54,032 bases of DNA. Source: Granulicella sp. (GTDB lineage Bacteria; Acidobacteriota; Terriglobia; Terriglobales; Acidobacteriaceae). Location of the stretch: NCBI GenBank assembly GCA_027339965.1, contig DAHWNL010000079.1, positions 1 to 54,032 on the forward strand. The letters are read 5' to 3'. The notes under the pieces were generated by a model. The model saw only the letters and a list, made by a program, of their open reading frames with translations. It was not told the DNA's origin and ran no database searches. The position numbers and the translations under genes are program-made. Shown in pieces: positions 1 through 8,673 of this stretch (positions within the stretch are counted from its first letter, which is position 1; each line of letters starts with the position of its first letter).

Positions 1-138
1 GAACGAAGATGGCGCTGACGCGCACCGCCATCGGCGCTCTGCGCAGCATCCAAAAACAGCCTGATCGAGTCGAAAACTACTTCGGCCAGAAAGATGTCGC
101 CTATGCCGCATAATCGCATTCCTTCCATGCCAGATCAA
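1..138 (+). mobile_element. IS630-family element, right end (transposase C-terminus 3..113 plus terminal IR), cut by the window edge
   Basis: Frame from 3 reads TKMALTRTAIGALRSIQKQPDRVENYFGQKDVAYAA* (TAA 111-113), very similar to the C-terminus of the IS630 remnant at 38444. It is followed by IR TCGCATTCCTTCCATGCCAGATCAA and a TA target at 139-140. Confidence 0.85.
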
Positions 139-265
139 TAAAGACTGCTGTGTGGTTCCCGCGTGGACGTCGTGTCATCGTTGCTCCTCATTTCTGCCAT
201 CTTAATGGCTGTCAGGCAACAACCCTTCCACTTATCCCACTGTCCCAATGTCCGAACCCAGCTCA
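139..265 (-). mobile_element. IS3-family left-end remnant (IRL plus first 13 codons of orfA), interrupted by IS630
   Basis: Minus strand starts TGAGCTGGGTTCGGACATTGGGACAGTGGGATAAGTGG (IS3-type TG end). A GAGGAG RBS precedes ATG at 178, reading MTRRPRGNHTAVF, typical of IS3 orfA N-termini (RR.H...FKAKVAL). It breaks at the TA 139-140. Confidence 0.75.
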
Positions 266-266
266 G

Positions 267-551
267 TACAGCGACGACGGAACTACTTTCGACTTCCGTC
301 AAGGTGATTACCTTCGCCTGCACATCACCTGCAGCGTTGCCCCGAATGGCGCCCTGACGGTTCAGATCCCGGCGCGAAAGGGCCACTATCGACCCTGGTG
401 GACGCACTTCCGCATTGAGGCCATCGGCTTCAAGCCCATCCAGTCTCGGGCCCGCTTCGGCGGCCACACCACCGCGCTGGAGCGCACTCGTCGGGGCTAC
501 GCCGTCACGTTGCCGGATACGGGACAGGCCCAAAGCATCGTCCTGGAGTAG
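267..551 (+). pseudogene. C-terminal fragment of a GH31 alpha-glucosidase-like protein (DUF5110-type tail)
   Basis: YSDDGTTFDFRQGDYLRLHITCS...GHYRPWW resembles the Y.DDG.T..Y..G.Y distal domain of GH31 enzymes. The homology begins right at the IS3 end, and the catalytic part is absent. Confidence 0.7.
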
Positions 552-697
552 CAGCAGGCGGAGATCAAGGCTTATGGGGAGGGGCTCGCTTCGGCCTCCG
601 CGGGAGCTGCGCAGACCAAAGCGACCCCAAAGCGTTTACTCTGTTGGAAGCAGACCTTCTCCCGTGACCTTGGCGTCCCGCACAAAGGAGTCCTTTC

Positions 698-2056
698 TTG
701 GCCGTTCCCATCCGCAACATCAGCTCTCCCGGCTACACGGATGACCTGGAGTTCAAAACCGACACCCGCGCGATGATTATCACCACCGCACTTTTTTTCA
801 TGGTGGGTCTTCTTACCTGTCTCAAAGACATTGTCACTCCGCACCTGAAGAGCATCTTCGATCTCAGCTACGCGGAGGCGATGCAGGTGCAGTTTGCCTT
901 CTTCACCTCGTATTTCGTCTTCAGCTATCCCAGCGGAGCCATGGTAGAGAAATTCGGGTACAAGAAGACCATGGTGATTGGTCTGCTGGTGATGGCCGTC
1001 GGATCCGCCGGCTTCATCCCGGCTGCGAAGCTTGCCGTCTACAGCATCTTTCTGGCCGCCATGATCGTGCTGGCGGCCGGAATTACCATCGTTCAGGTGG
1101 CGGCCAACCCCTATGTGGCCGTCATTGGACCTGCCGCAACGGCCTCCAGCCGCCTAAATCTGGCCCAGGGATTCAACTCGTTCGGCACCTTCGTCGCACC
1201 CTTCATCGGTAGCGTGCTGATCTTGCGCGGCGCTCCGGCGATCTCTCCGGCAGCCATGGCCTGTCTCAGTTCAACCAAGCTGCAGGCCTACCGCGAACTT
1301 CAGGCCCATACCGTCATCTTGCCCTACTTTGGCATGGCTGTAGTTCTGGCGCTGCTGGCGATCATCCTGGCCAGCATCCATCTTCATCATCCGCGCAACT
1401 CCGCAGCCGAGCGAACCCAGGACTTCCGCCCGGGAGCCTTCTCGGAAGCCCTGAGCAAGCCAGACTCCATCTGGCGGCATCCATGGCTGCTCTTTGGAGC
1501 CGTGGGCATCTTCACCTACGTCGGGGCCGAGGTAACCATCGGCGGACTTCTGGTGAACTTCATGGGCCTGCGCGACGTTGCCGCCATAAGCCAGTCCCGG
1601 GCCGCCAACTACCTGATGGTGTACTGGGGCGGCGCCATGGTCGGGCGATTCATTGGCTCCGGCGTCCTGCAGCGGCTCAAGACCGGCAAGCTGCTCGGCT
1701 TGAATGCGATCGTAGCCTTTTTCCTGGTCGTGCTGGCTCTGCTCAGCCATGGCCACCTGGCCATGTTCGCTCTGCTCCTGGTCGGCCTCTTCAACTCCGT
1801 CATGTTTCCCTCAATCTTCGCGCTGAGCATTCAGGACCTTGGCTCACTGACCAGCAAAGGCTCCAGCCTGCTGATCGCAGCGGTCGTGGGCGGAGCTCTG
1901 ATTCCGTTGGCTACAGGAAAGCTGGCCGATATCATCGGCCTGCACCACTCCTTCGTCCTCACCGCACTCTGCTACGTCTACATTGCTGCCTACGGCATCG
2001 CCAACATCCGCCGCCCCGATGGCTCCGATGTTCTTCTTCCCGCAGAGCCTTTCTAA
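698..2056 (+). CDS. Sugar MFS transporter, FucP/GluP (fucose/glucose/galactose:H+ symporter) family
   Basis: 452 aa, about 12 TM segments; motifs QVAANPYV, RLNLAQGFNSFGT, YVGAEV, NSVMFPSIF; TTG start preceded by AAGGAG. Confidence 0.9.
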   Translation: MAVPIRNISSPGYTDDLEFKTDTRAMIITTALFFMVGLLTCLKDIVTPHLKSIFDLSYAEAMQVQFAFFTSYFVFSYPSGAMVEKFGYKKTMVIGLLVMAVGSAGFIPAAKLAVYSIFLAAMIVLAAGITIVQVAANPYVAVIGPAATASSRLNLAQGFNSFGTFVAPFIGSVLILRGAPAISPAAMACLSSTKLQAYRELQAHTVILPYFGMAVVLALLAIILASIHLHHPRNSAAERTQDFRPGAFSEALSKPDSIWRHPWLLFGAVGIFTYVGAEVTIGGLLVNFMGLRDVAAISQSRAANYLMVYWGGAMVGRFIGSGVLQRLKTGKLLGLNAIVAFFLVVLALLSHGHLAMFALLLVGLFNSVMFPSIFALSIQDLGSLTSKGSSLLIAAVVGGALIPLATGKLADIIGLHHSFVLTALCYVYIAAYGIANIRRPDGSDVLLPAEPF

Positions 2057-2272
2057 GCCGGCCCTGCTGCCGCTCGCGCTCCCGGGGCTTGGGCTGGAAG
2101 GCCCGTTGCTACCCTTCGCCTGAGCGAGCGGCGGTGGCGCTGAGTAAGTTCTCTGCCAGAGATCCTGTGGTGGACCCTGCCTGTGCCGCGGGCCCGTTCG
2201 CAGGCTGCCGGCCACGCGCCGGAAATCGAACTGATTCTGGAACCGTTTGCGAAGCGATAAAATCAGATCTGC

Positions 2273-3229
2273 ATGCCCACTCCAAACGAAGTCCGCGATA
2301 CCGTCATTCTGGGATCAGGCTGCTCCGGCCTCACCGCAGCCATCTACGCCGCAAGATCCAACCTGAAGCCCCTGGTTCTGGAGGGTCACGAGCCGGGCGG
2401 GCAGCTCGCCATCACCACGCTGGTGGAGAACTTTCCCGGCTGGCCGGAGGGAATCCAGGGCCCCGAGCTCATCGAGAATATGAAAAAACAGGCGGTTCGC
2501 TTCGGCGCCGAGCTGCGCATGGCGCATCTCACCCGGGTGGATCTGGCCACCCATCCCTTCAGTCTAGGCATCGGCAAAGAGACCATCCACACGCGCTCTC
2601 TCATCATCGCCTCGGGTGCCTCGGCGCGCTGGCTGGGGCTTCCCTCCGAGCAGGCGCTGATCGGATTCGGCGTCAGCTCCTGCGCCACCTGCGATGGGTT
2701 CTTCGCCAGCGGCAAGGAGATCGCCGTCATTGGCGGTGGAGACAGCGCCATGGAAGAGGCGCTCTTCCTTACCCGCTTTGCCACCAAGGTGACGCTCATC
2801 CATCGCAGCGATCACTTCCGCGCCTCCCACATCATGCTGGAGAGGGCCATGGCCCATCCCAAGATCGAACTTCTTCGCAATACCGTTGTCGAAGAGTGCC
2901 TGGGAGTTGAGGAGAAGGAGCTGAAGGGCATCCATCTCTTGAACAAAAAGACCGGGCAGCGCTGGACATTGCCGGTCAGCTTCATGTTTTTGGGCATCGG
3001 CCACACACCCAATGCCCGCGCCTTCCATGGCCAACTCGATCTGGATGCGGAGGGTTACGTTCAGACCCAGGACAACGTCTTCGTCACGCTTCAGGGCCAA
3101 CGCATCGCGGGCGTCTACGCCTGCGGGGATGTTCAGGACCGCCGCTACCGCCAGGCGATCACTGCCGCCGGAACCGGCTGCATGGCCGCCCTTGAAGTGG
3201 AACGATACCTGGAAGAGCAGGGAAGATAA
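2273..3229 (+). CDS. trxB: Thioredoxin-disulfide reductase
   Basis: GSGCSG FAD motif, GGQL..TT.VENFPG, CATCDG redox motif, GGGDSAMEEA, GDVQD..YRQAITAAG.GC.AA. Confidence 0.97.
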   Translation: MPTPNEVRDTVILGSGCSGLTAAIYAARSNLKPLVLEGHEPGGQLAITTLVENFPGWPEGIQGPELIENMKKQAVRFGAELRMAHLTRVDLATHPFSLGIGKETIHTRSLIIASGASARWLGLPSEQALIGFGVSSCATCDGFFASGKEIAVIGGGDSAMEEALFLTRFATKVTLIHRSDHFRASHIMLERAMAHPKIELLRNTVVEECLGVEEKELKGIHLLNKKTGQRWTLPVSFMFLGIGHTPNARAFHGQLDLDAEGYVQTQDNVFVTLQGQRIAGVYACGDVQDRRYRQAITAAGTGCMAALEVERYLEEQGR

Positions 3230-3258
3230 GGCAAACAAGATCGAAAAGGGGTTGAAAG

Positions 3259-3293
3259 CAAGCGCGGCGACCGATGGTCGCCGCGCTTGTTTC
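3259..3293. terminator. Intrinsic terminator between convergent trxB and rne, probably bidirectional
   Basis: Perfect 14-bp stem CAAGCGCGGCGACC-GAT-GGTCGCCGCGCTTG with TTTCT downstream and AAAG upstream. Confidence 0.75.
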
Positions 3294-3364
3294 TCGCTCT
3301 GGCTTGATGCCGCTGATGCTCCATGCCTTCCAGGCGTGTCCCCGGCCGCAGCCCTGCTCTGCAT

Positions 3365-6300
3365 TCAATGGATATCGAACTGCTCCGGATGCAGGCTCGG
3401 ATCGCTCTTCACCAGGATGGTCTTTCCCGACAACTCTTCCATCTCCTGGAGCCACTTTCCTCCGCCGCTCTTGAGCTGCTTGACCGTTTCGGGATGGACG
3501 CGCAGCATGATGTCTCCCTTGTCGATCTGTTTGTGCATCTTTCGCATCTCGATATAGATGTCATTGCACACGGTCACGGGGGACTTGACCATGCCGGTGC
3601 CGGCGCACACGCTGCAAGTGGTGGACAGGGTCCGTTCCAGCGACTGTTTCACCCGCTTGCGCGTAATCGCCACCAGGCCAAAGTCGTTAAATTGCAGCAC
3701 CTTGGAAGGTGCGCGATCCTTCTTGAGCTCTTCCTCCAGCGCCGCCATCACGCGATTCCGGTTCTTGCGTTCATCCATATCGATGAAGTCGATAATGATG
3801 ATCCCGCCCAGGTCTCGCAGCCGGATCTGCCGCACAATCTCCGGAATGGCGTCCAGATTCGTCTTGACGATCGTGTCTTCCAGCCGAGCCGTCTTGCCGA
3901 CATATTTGCCCGTGTTGATGTCGATGGCCACCAGAGCTTCGGTCTGGTTGATCACAATCGAGCCGCCTGACTTTAGCCACACCTTGGAGCGCAGCGCCGC
4001 ATTGATCTCCTCGGTGATTCCAAACTGCTCAAACAGCGGCGTCTCCTTGGTGTAGAGTTTGACGCGGCGAATGAGGCTTGGCTGGAACCGCTGCAGGAAG
4101 CGCAGAACGCGCTCATACTCGGTCTCCGTATCCACCCAGATGGCGGAGAAGTTGTCCGTCACCTGGTCACGCAGGATCCGCTCAATCAAATTGAGATCGT
4201 GATAGATCAGTGCCGGACTCTTGGACGACTCCGCGCGCGTCTTGATATCGGCCCACAGGTTGAGAAGGAGGCGAAGATCGCTGCGCAGCTCTTCTTCGCT
4301 GGCCCCCGCGGCTGCCGTGCGCACGATAAAGCCACCGCCGGCATCTCCTCTTTCGCTGAGCAGAATCTCCTTCAGCCGCCTCCGCTCGCTTTCGCTTTCA
4401 ATCTTGCGCGACACGCCGGTATGGTTCACCGTCGGCATAAACACCAGGAACCTGCCTGGCAGGGCAATGTGGCTGGTGATGCGCGCGCCCTTTTTGGCAA
4501 TCGGTTCCTTGGCAATCTGGACCAGCACCTCCTGCCCGGGCTTCAACAAGTCACTGATGGCCGGCAGGTTGGTCGCTTGCATGGAAGCCCTTCCAGCGCG
4601 TTCGCGGCCACCCGGACGAGGCGCCCCACGGCGATCCCGGCCAAAGCGGTCCCGGACGCCGCGGCGTCCATCCCTCCGGCCGCGGTGTCCTCCTTCGCGG
4701 TCGCCCCCGCTCAGGTCTTCGCCCGCGCCCTCGGCACCCTCCGCGGAGGACAGATGCTCCTCATCGGAGAGCGCCATCTCCGCCGTGCCGTTTTCCTCAT
4801 AGCTCGATATCTCGGCGAACTCCTCTTCCTCGACTTCGCTGATCTCGCTGCCGGATACTCCCTCTTCGCCGTCATCGTCCGGCACCGACTCCATCTCATC
4901 TTCCTCGAAGTCGTCTCCGTCATCGAAAACGTTCTCCTCGTCCTCGTCCAACCCTCTGGATTCCTGTCCGGTGATGTCATCGATGGTCATATCGCGAAGC
5001 ATGCTGCCCAGATCGGCCGCATGCTCCAATGCCTCTTCGTCGCTCTCATCCTCAAGCGCGCCGGCGCTGAGGGACGCCAACTCAAGATCTTCCTCATCGA
5101 GCAACTCTTCCTCAAGATGGCCGTCGCCGGGAGCAAAATCACCCTCCAGCGCGGTGGCTCTCTCCGCGGGCGGCTGCACGGTGGCTGCGTGCGGCCGGCC
5201 GGGATCCTCATGCCGCTCTCCTGTGGCAACATCGAGGCCTGCGGCAGCGTCTCCCTCCGGCCCGGCGACGCTCCCACCGTGCCGAAACTCGCGCGCCCCG
5301 GAAGGATCCACGCGGAAGGAGACGGCGGCATTCTCCTCCGGCTCATATTCCGTGGTGATCTCATGAAACTCGGGGTCGGGCAGATCTTCGGGCTCCAGCA
5401 GTTCGGCATCGTGGAGCTCTGAGATCGCCTCCTCGAACTCCGCTTCACGGAACCCCGCTTCCTGCGCGGCATCTGCATCCCGTCCTGCGGCCAGATCCAT
5501 CTGGGCCGTGGGGAGCGGCTCATATTCGCTCTCGGCCACATCATGGCCGGAGCTGACCTGGGGCAGTACCGCTTCGGACGGCTCCATCGGCCCCCGCTCT
5601 GCCCGATACTCTCTGCCGGCCTGGTCTCCGCCGTTACGGGCGCGCCGCTCGTCGCGGGCACGCCGGCGATCCAGTCCGCGCCCACCGCGGCCCTCCGGCT
5701 GGGCGTCTCTGATTGAGGCCCCCCTGTCGCGCTCGCGCTCTTCGCCGCGCGTCTCCTGTCCGTCACGCCGCCGCGACAGACTCTCCCCGGGCAAGACCAG
5801 CCCGCCATCCCATCCCGGCAGCGGCTCGACCAGGGTGGAAGGCTTTGTCTGGATCCTGTTTTCGCCAGCCCGCGCGACGGAGGCAGGCTCGCGCGCAGAC
5901 GCTGCTCCGGCCTCCGGTTGCTCTGGCCGGCGATACTTGGACAGGGACTCGCCCGGCAGGATGAGCGGCTCTACCTGCGCACTCCCATGCGAAGAGGCCT
6001 GCGAATCCAGCCTCCGCTCCTGAGCCGAGGCACCCCCCGCTCGCCGTGCGGCAAAATGATCTCGCGCGGCCTCCGGCCGCTCGAAACGTCCGCCCCTGTC
6101 ATGGCCGCCGAAATTGCGTCCAGCCCGCTCCCGCCCGCTGTCTTCGAGCGAGGCACTCTGGCGCGCCTCCTTTAGGCTGTGCTCCTGGCTCTCCTGTTCT
6201 ACAGCAGGAACTCCGCCAAACTCTTCGCCGGTATCCTCCGGCGCCAGACCTCCGGGTTGCGCCTCGCCGGCACCCCCCCGTCCCCGCCGCCGTCCTCGGC

Positions 6301-6871
6301 GTCCGCGCCAGCGCCGGCCCACCTCGCCTCCCGGGGCTTCCGTCTCCGGGAAGAGTCCCTCCCCGGCCTGCTCCTCTTCTTGCCCTTGGGCTACGCTGTC
6401 CCTTGACCGCCCTGCGGGCGACCCCACGCTTTCATCCTCCTCGATATTCGCGCCGGCACCGGCAGCCCTGCCCGCGGCGCGGCTCTCTGAAGGCAACTCG
6501 CGGCCGCCGCGCTCGCGGCCTCTGTCCCGATCGCGCCTGGCCCTGCCGCGGCCATCTCCCCGCATCTCTGCGGAAGCGCCGTTCCCTCTGGCTCGCCGGC
6601 CTTCGCCTCCCGCAGCGCCATCAAAGTCCGCGGCTTCGTCGGTCTCTTCCATGAAGTCCGTGATATAGAGAAACGCATCGCGCTCCAGACCAATATCCAC
6701 AAAGCTTGACTGCATGCCGGGCAGAACCCGGGTTACCCGCCCCTTGTAGACGGAACCAGCCAGCGTGTACTCATTCTCACGCTCGTAGTAAATCTCTGTG
6801 AGCTGTTCTTTTTCAACAATTGCCAGCCGCGTCTCATGGGGCGTGCTGGATATATAGATCTCTTTCGACAT
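3365..6871 (-). CDS. rne: Rne/Rng family ribonuclease with a ~700-aa low-complexity insertion in the S1 domain
   Basis: N-terminal GSVYKGRVTRVLPGMQSSFVDIG..RDAFL; C-terminal QIAKEPIAKKGARIT, AIDINTG, RLRDLGGIIIIDFIDM and CSVC Zn-link. Confidence 0.93.
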   Translation of the reverse strand: MSKEIYISSTPHETRLAIVEKEQLTEIYYERENEYTLAGSVYKGRVTRVLPGMQSSFVDIGLERDAFLYITDFMEETDEAADFDGAAGGEGRRARGNGASAEMRGDGRGRARRDRDRGRERGGRELPSESRAAGRAAGAGANIEEDESVGSPAGRSRDSVAQGQEEEQAGEGLFPETEAPGGEVGRRWRGRRGRRRGRGGAGEAQPGGLAPEDTGEEFGGVPAVEQESQEHSLKEARQSASLEDSGRERAGRNFGGHDRGGRFERPEAARDHFAARRAGGASAQERRLDSQASSHGSAQVEPLILPGESLSKYRRPEQPEAGAASAREPASVARAGENRIQTKPSTLVEPLPGWDGGLVLPGESLSRRRDGQETRGEERERDRGASIRDAQPEGRGGRGLDRRRARDERRARNGGDQAGREYRAERGPMEPSEAVLPQVSSGHDVAESEYEPLPTAQMDLAAGRDADAAQEAGFREAEFEEAISELHDAELLEPEDLPDPEFHEITTEYEPEENAAVSFRVDPSGAREFRHGGSVAGPEGDAAAGLDVATGERHEDPGRPHAATVQPPAERATALEGDFAPGDGHLEEELLDEEDLELASLSAGALEDESDEEALEHAADLGSMLRDMTIDDITGQESRGLDEDEENVFDDGDDFEEDEMESVPDDDGEEGVSGSEISEVEEEEFAEISSYEENGTAEMALSDEEHLSSAEGAEGAGEDLSGGDREGGHRGRRDGRRGVRDRFGRDRRGAPRPGGRERAGRASMQATNLPAISDLLKPGQEVLVQIAKEPIAKKGARITSHIALPGRFLVFMPTVNHTGVSRKIESESERRRLKEILLSERGDAGGGFIVRTAAAGASEEELRSDLRLLLNLWADIKTRAESSKSPALIYHDLNLIERILRDQVTDNFSAIWVDTETEYERVLRFLQRFQPSLIRRVKLYTKETPLFEQFGITEEINAALRSKVWLKSGGSIVINQTEALVAIDINTGKYVGKTARLEDTIVKTNLDAIPEIVRQIRLRDLGGIIIIDFIDMDERKNRNRVMAALEEELKKDRAPSKVLQFNDFGLVAITRKRVKQSLERTLSTTCSVCAGTGMVKSPVTVCNDIYIEMRKMHKQIDKGDIMLRVHPETVKQLKSGGGKWLQEMEELSGKTILVKSDPSLHPEQFDIH

Positions 6872-7456
6872 CGTTCTGCTCTCCTCTTGCCTTCGGCCAA
6901 TGCGGCCGGCTTGCTATGGGCAGAACAGACGAGGATCGCACTGCCTTGGCTCCAACATCCTGCATCAGAGCCGAAGGGGGAGCCCCAACGCATTGCGTCA
7001 GGATCCGGCAGCCATCTCTTGGGGTTCGAACAGATTTTGAGTTACGGATACACCGGTAGCGGAGGCTCGGGTGGGGAAGGCATCTTTTGCGCAGACTGGA
7101 TCGAAGTTCTCCGGTCCACGGAGGCTTCCAGCCCCCGAACCTTCCGCCCACGAACGCAGCTCGCTTCGCGTATCCGTGTCTGGGGAGAAAAACTTGCCAG
7201 CATTGAGCTGCCCTTCGCGGGGCGGCTCCTTCTGTCCTCGGGCATCATGCCGTAAACGGAGTTTGTGACCAACACAACCTGCAACCCAGGCGGGGACGTT
7301 AACCGTCCGTTTCCGTTCATTCTCAAAACCTGTCCGGCCTTCGGAGGTTGATCCGCGCCTGGCCGGCCTTCTAAAACCTGTTGTACCGCTGCGACGGGAA
7401 GATCTTCGCATCCGCGCTGCGGTCGATAAAGTGATCACCTCATACCCGATCACCTG

Positions 7457-7462
7457 ATTCTA
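7457..7462 (-). promoter_or_regulatory. Putative -10 box (TAGAAT) for rne, implying a ~580-nt leader
   Basis: TAGAAT on the minus strand just downstream of rodA, with no credible ORF between it and rne. Confidence 0.4.
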
Positions 7463-7540
7463 GTATGCACGAAAACCCCGACCAGCAGAAGGTAACCCAT
7501 CGAGATTCTTTCGCTCAGGATCGGTTCTTCGCGCCGTCCG

Positions 7541-8644
7541 TCAATTGACGAACCGTCGCATTCGGACATTCATCACGATCCCCAGCGCCACGAACATGTA
7601 GATCACCGACGATCCGCCATAGCTCATCAACGGCAGTGGAATGCCGGTAACGGGCATCAAACCGACGCACATCCCGACGTTGACGGCGATCTGGAAGAGC
7701 AGCACTCCCGCCACGCCCATCACGATCAGGCTCCCCGGCGGGTCGGCCGCGGTTTGCGCATTCTGAATCAGGCGCATCAGGATCAGAAAGTACAGGAGCA
7801 AAACACCGGTGGCGCCGATGAAACCATGCTCTTCACAGAAAGCCGCAAAGATGAAATCCGTATAAGGAATAGGCAGGAAGTCCCCTTGCGTCTGCGTTCC
7901 ATGGTTGGCTCCTTTGCCCCACAATCCCCCGGAACCGACAGCGATCAGGGATTGGCGAATCTGATATCCGGAAGCCTGCGGGTCACTGTCCGGATTGAGA
8001 AACGCCGTCAGCCGCGCCCTTTGGTAGGGTTTGAGCAGCCTGCCGGAGGCGAGCCCGGCTCCTCCCAGCAGCGTCAGGCCCGCCACCAGAATCGCCGCCT
8101 GCTTCCAGCGTATTCCGCCCAGAAAGAGTCCCACCACGAGCACGGGCAGATAGGTCAGCGAGGTTCCCAGGTCAGGCTGCTTGAGCACCAGCGCCAGCGG
8201 AATGCCCAGCAGCAAGGACACCTTGCCGATATCCTTCCAGCTCAGATCGCGTCCGTTCTCGATGATCTCCCAGAAGAAGCGGGCCGCGACCAGAATCAGC
8301 ACCAGACGCACCCACTCGGAGGGCTGGAAATGGACCCCGCCGCCCAGGTTGATCCAGCGCCTGGCCCCCAGCACCTTGGTTCCCACCAGGCGCACCGCCA
8401 GCAAGGATGCCAGGCTGACGCCATAGGCCCAGTAGGCCATCCCCAGCAGGCGATGATAGTCCACCAGCGAAAAAGCAAACATGCCCACCACGCCCAGGGC
8501 GAGAAAACCCATTTGCTTTTGCTGAAATCCATGGAACTTGGTCATCCCGGTCGCCGACCGGATCTCCAGCAGGCTGATGATCGACAGGACGATCACCAAG
8601 CCCAGCAGCATCCAGTCGAAATCACGAAACCGCGAGCGAATCAT
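7541..8644 (-). CDS. rodA: Rod shape-determining protein RodA (SEDS family)
   Basis: GARRWI, FQPSE, KQPDLGT, GYQIRQSLIAVGSGG, TDFIFA, GIPLPLMSYGGSS; follows mrdA. Confidence 0.96.
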   Translation of the reverse strand: MIRSRFRDFDWMLLGLVIVLSIISLLEIRSATGMTKFHGFQQKQMGFLALGVVGMFAFSLVDYHRLLGMAYWAYGVSLASLLAVRLVGTKVLGARRWINLGGGVHFQPSEWVRLVLILVAARFFWEIIENGRDLSWKDIGKVSLLLGIPLALVLKQPDLGTSLTYLPVLVVGLFLGGIRWKQAAILVAGLTLLGGAGLASGRLLKPYQRARLTAFLNPDSDPQASGYQIRQSLIAVGSGGLWGKGANHGTQTQGDFLPIPYTDFIFAAFCEEHGFIGATGVLLLYFLILMRLIQNAQTAADPPGSLIVMGVAGVLLFQIAVNVGMCVGLMPVTGIPLPLMSYGGSSVIYMFVALGIVMNVRMRRFVN

Positions 8645-8673
8645 GGCCTATCCAGTCTACGGGCTACAAGCTT

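Noticed and set aside
150..551. 133-aa ORF as an intact gene
   Set aside because: The first ~39 codons are IS3 antisense DNA; only the remainder is GH31-like.
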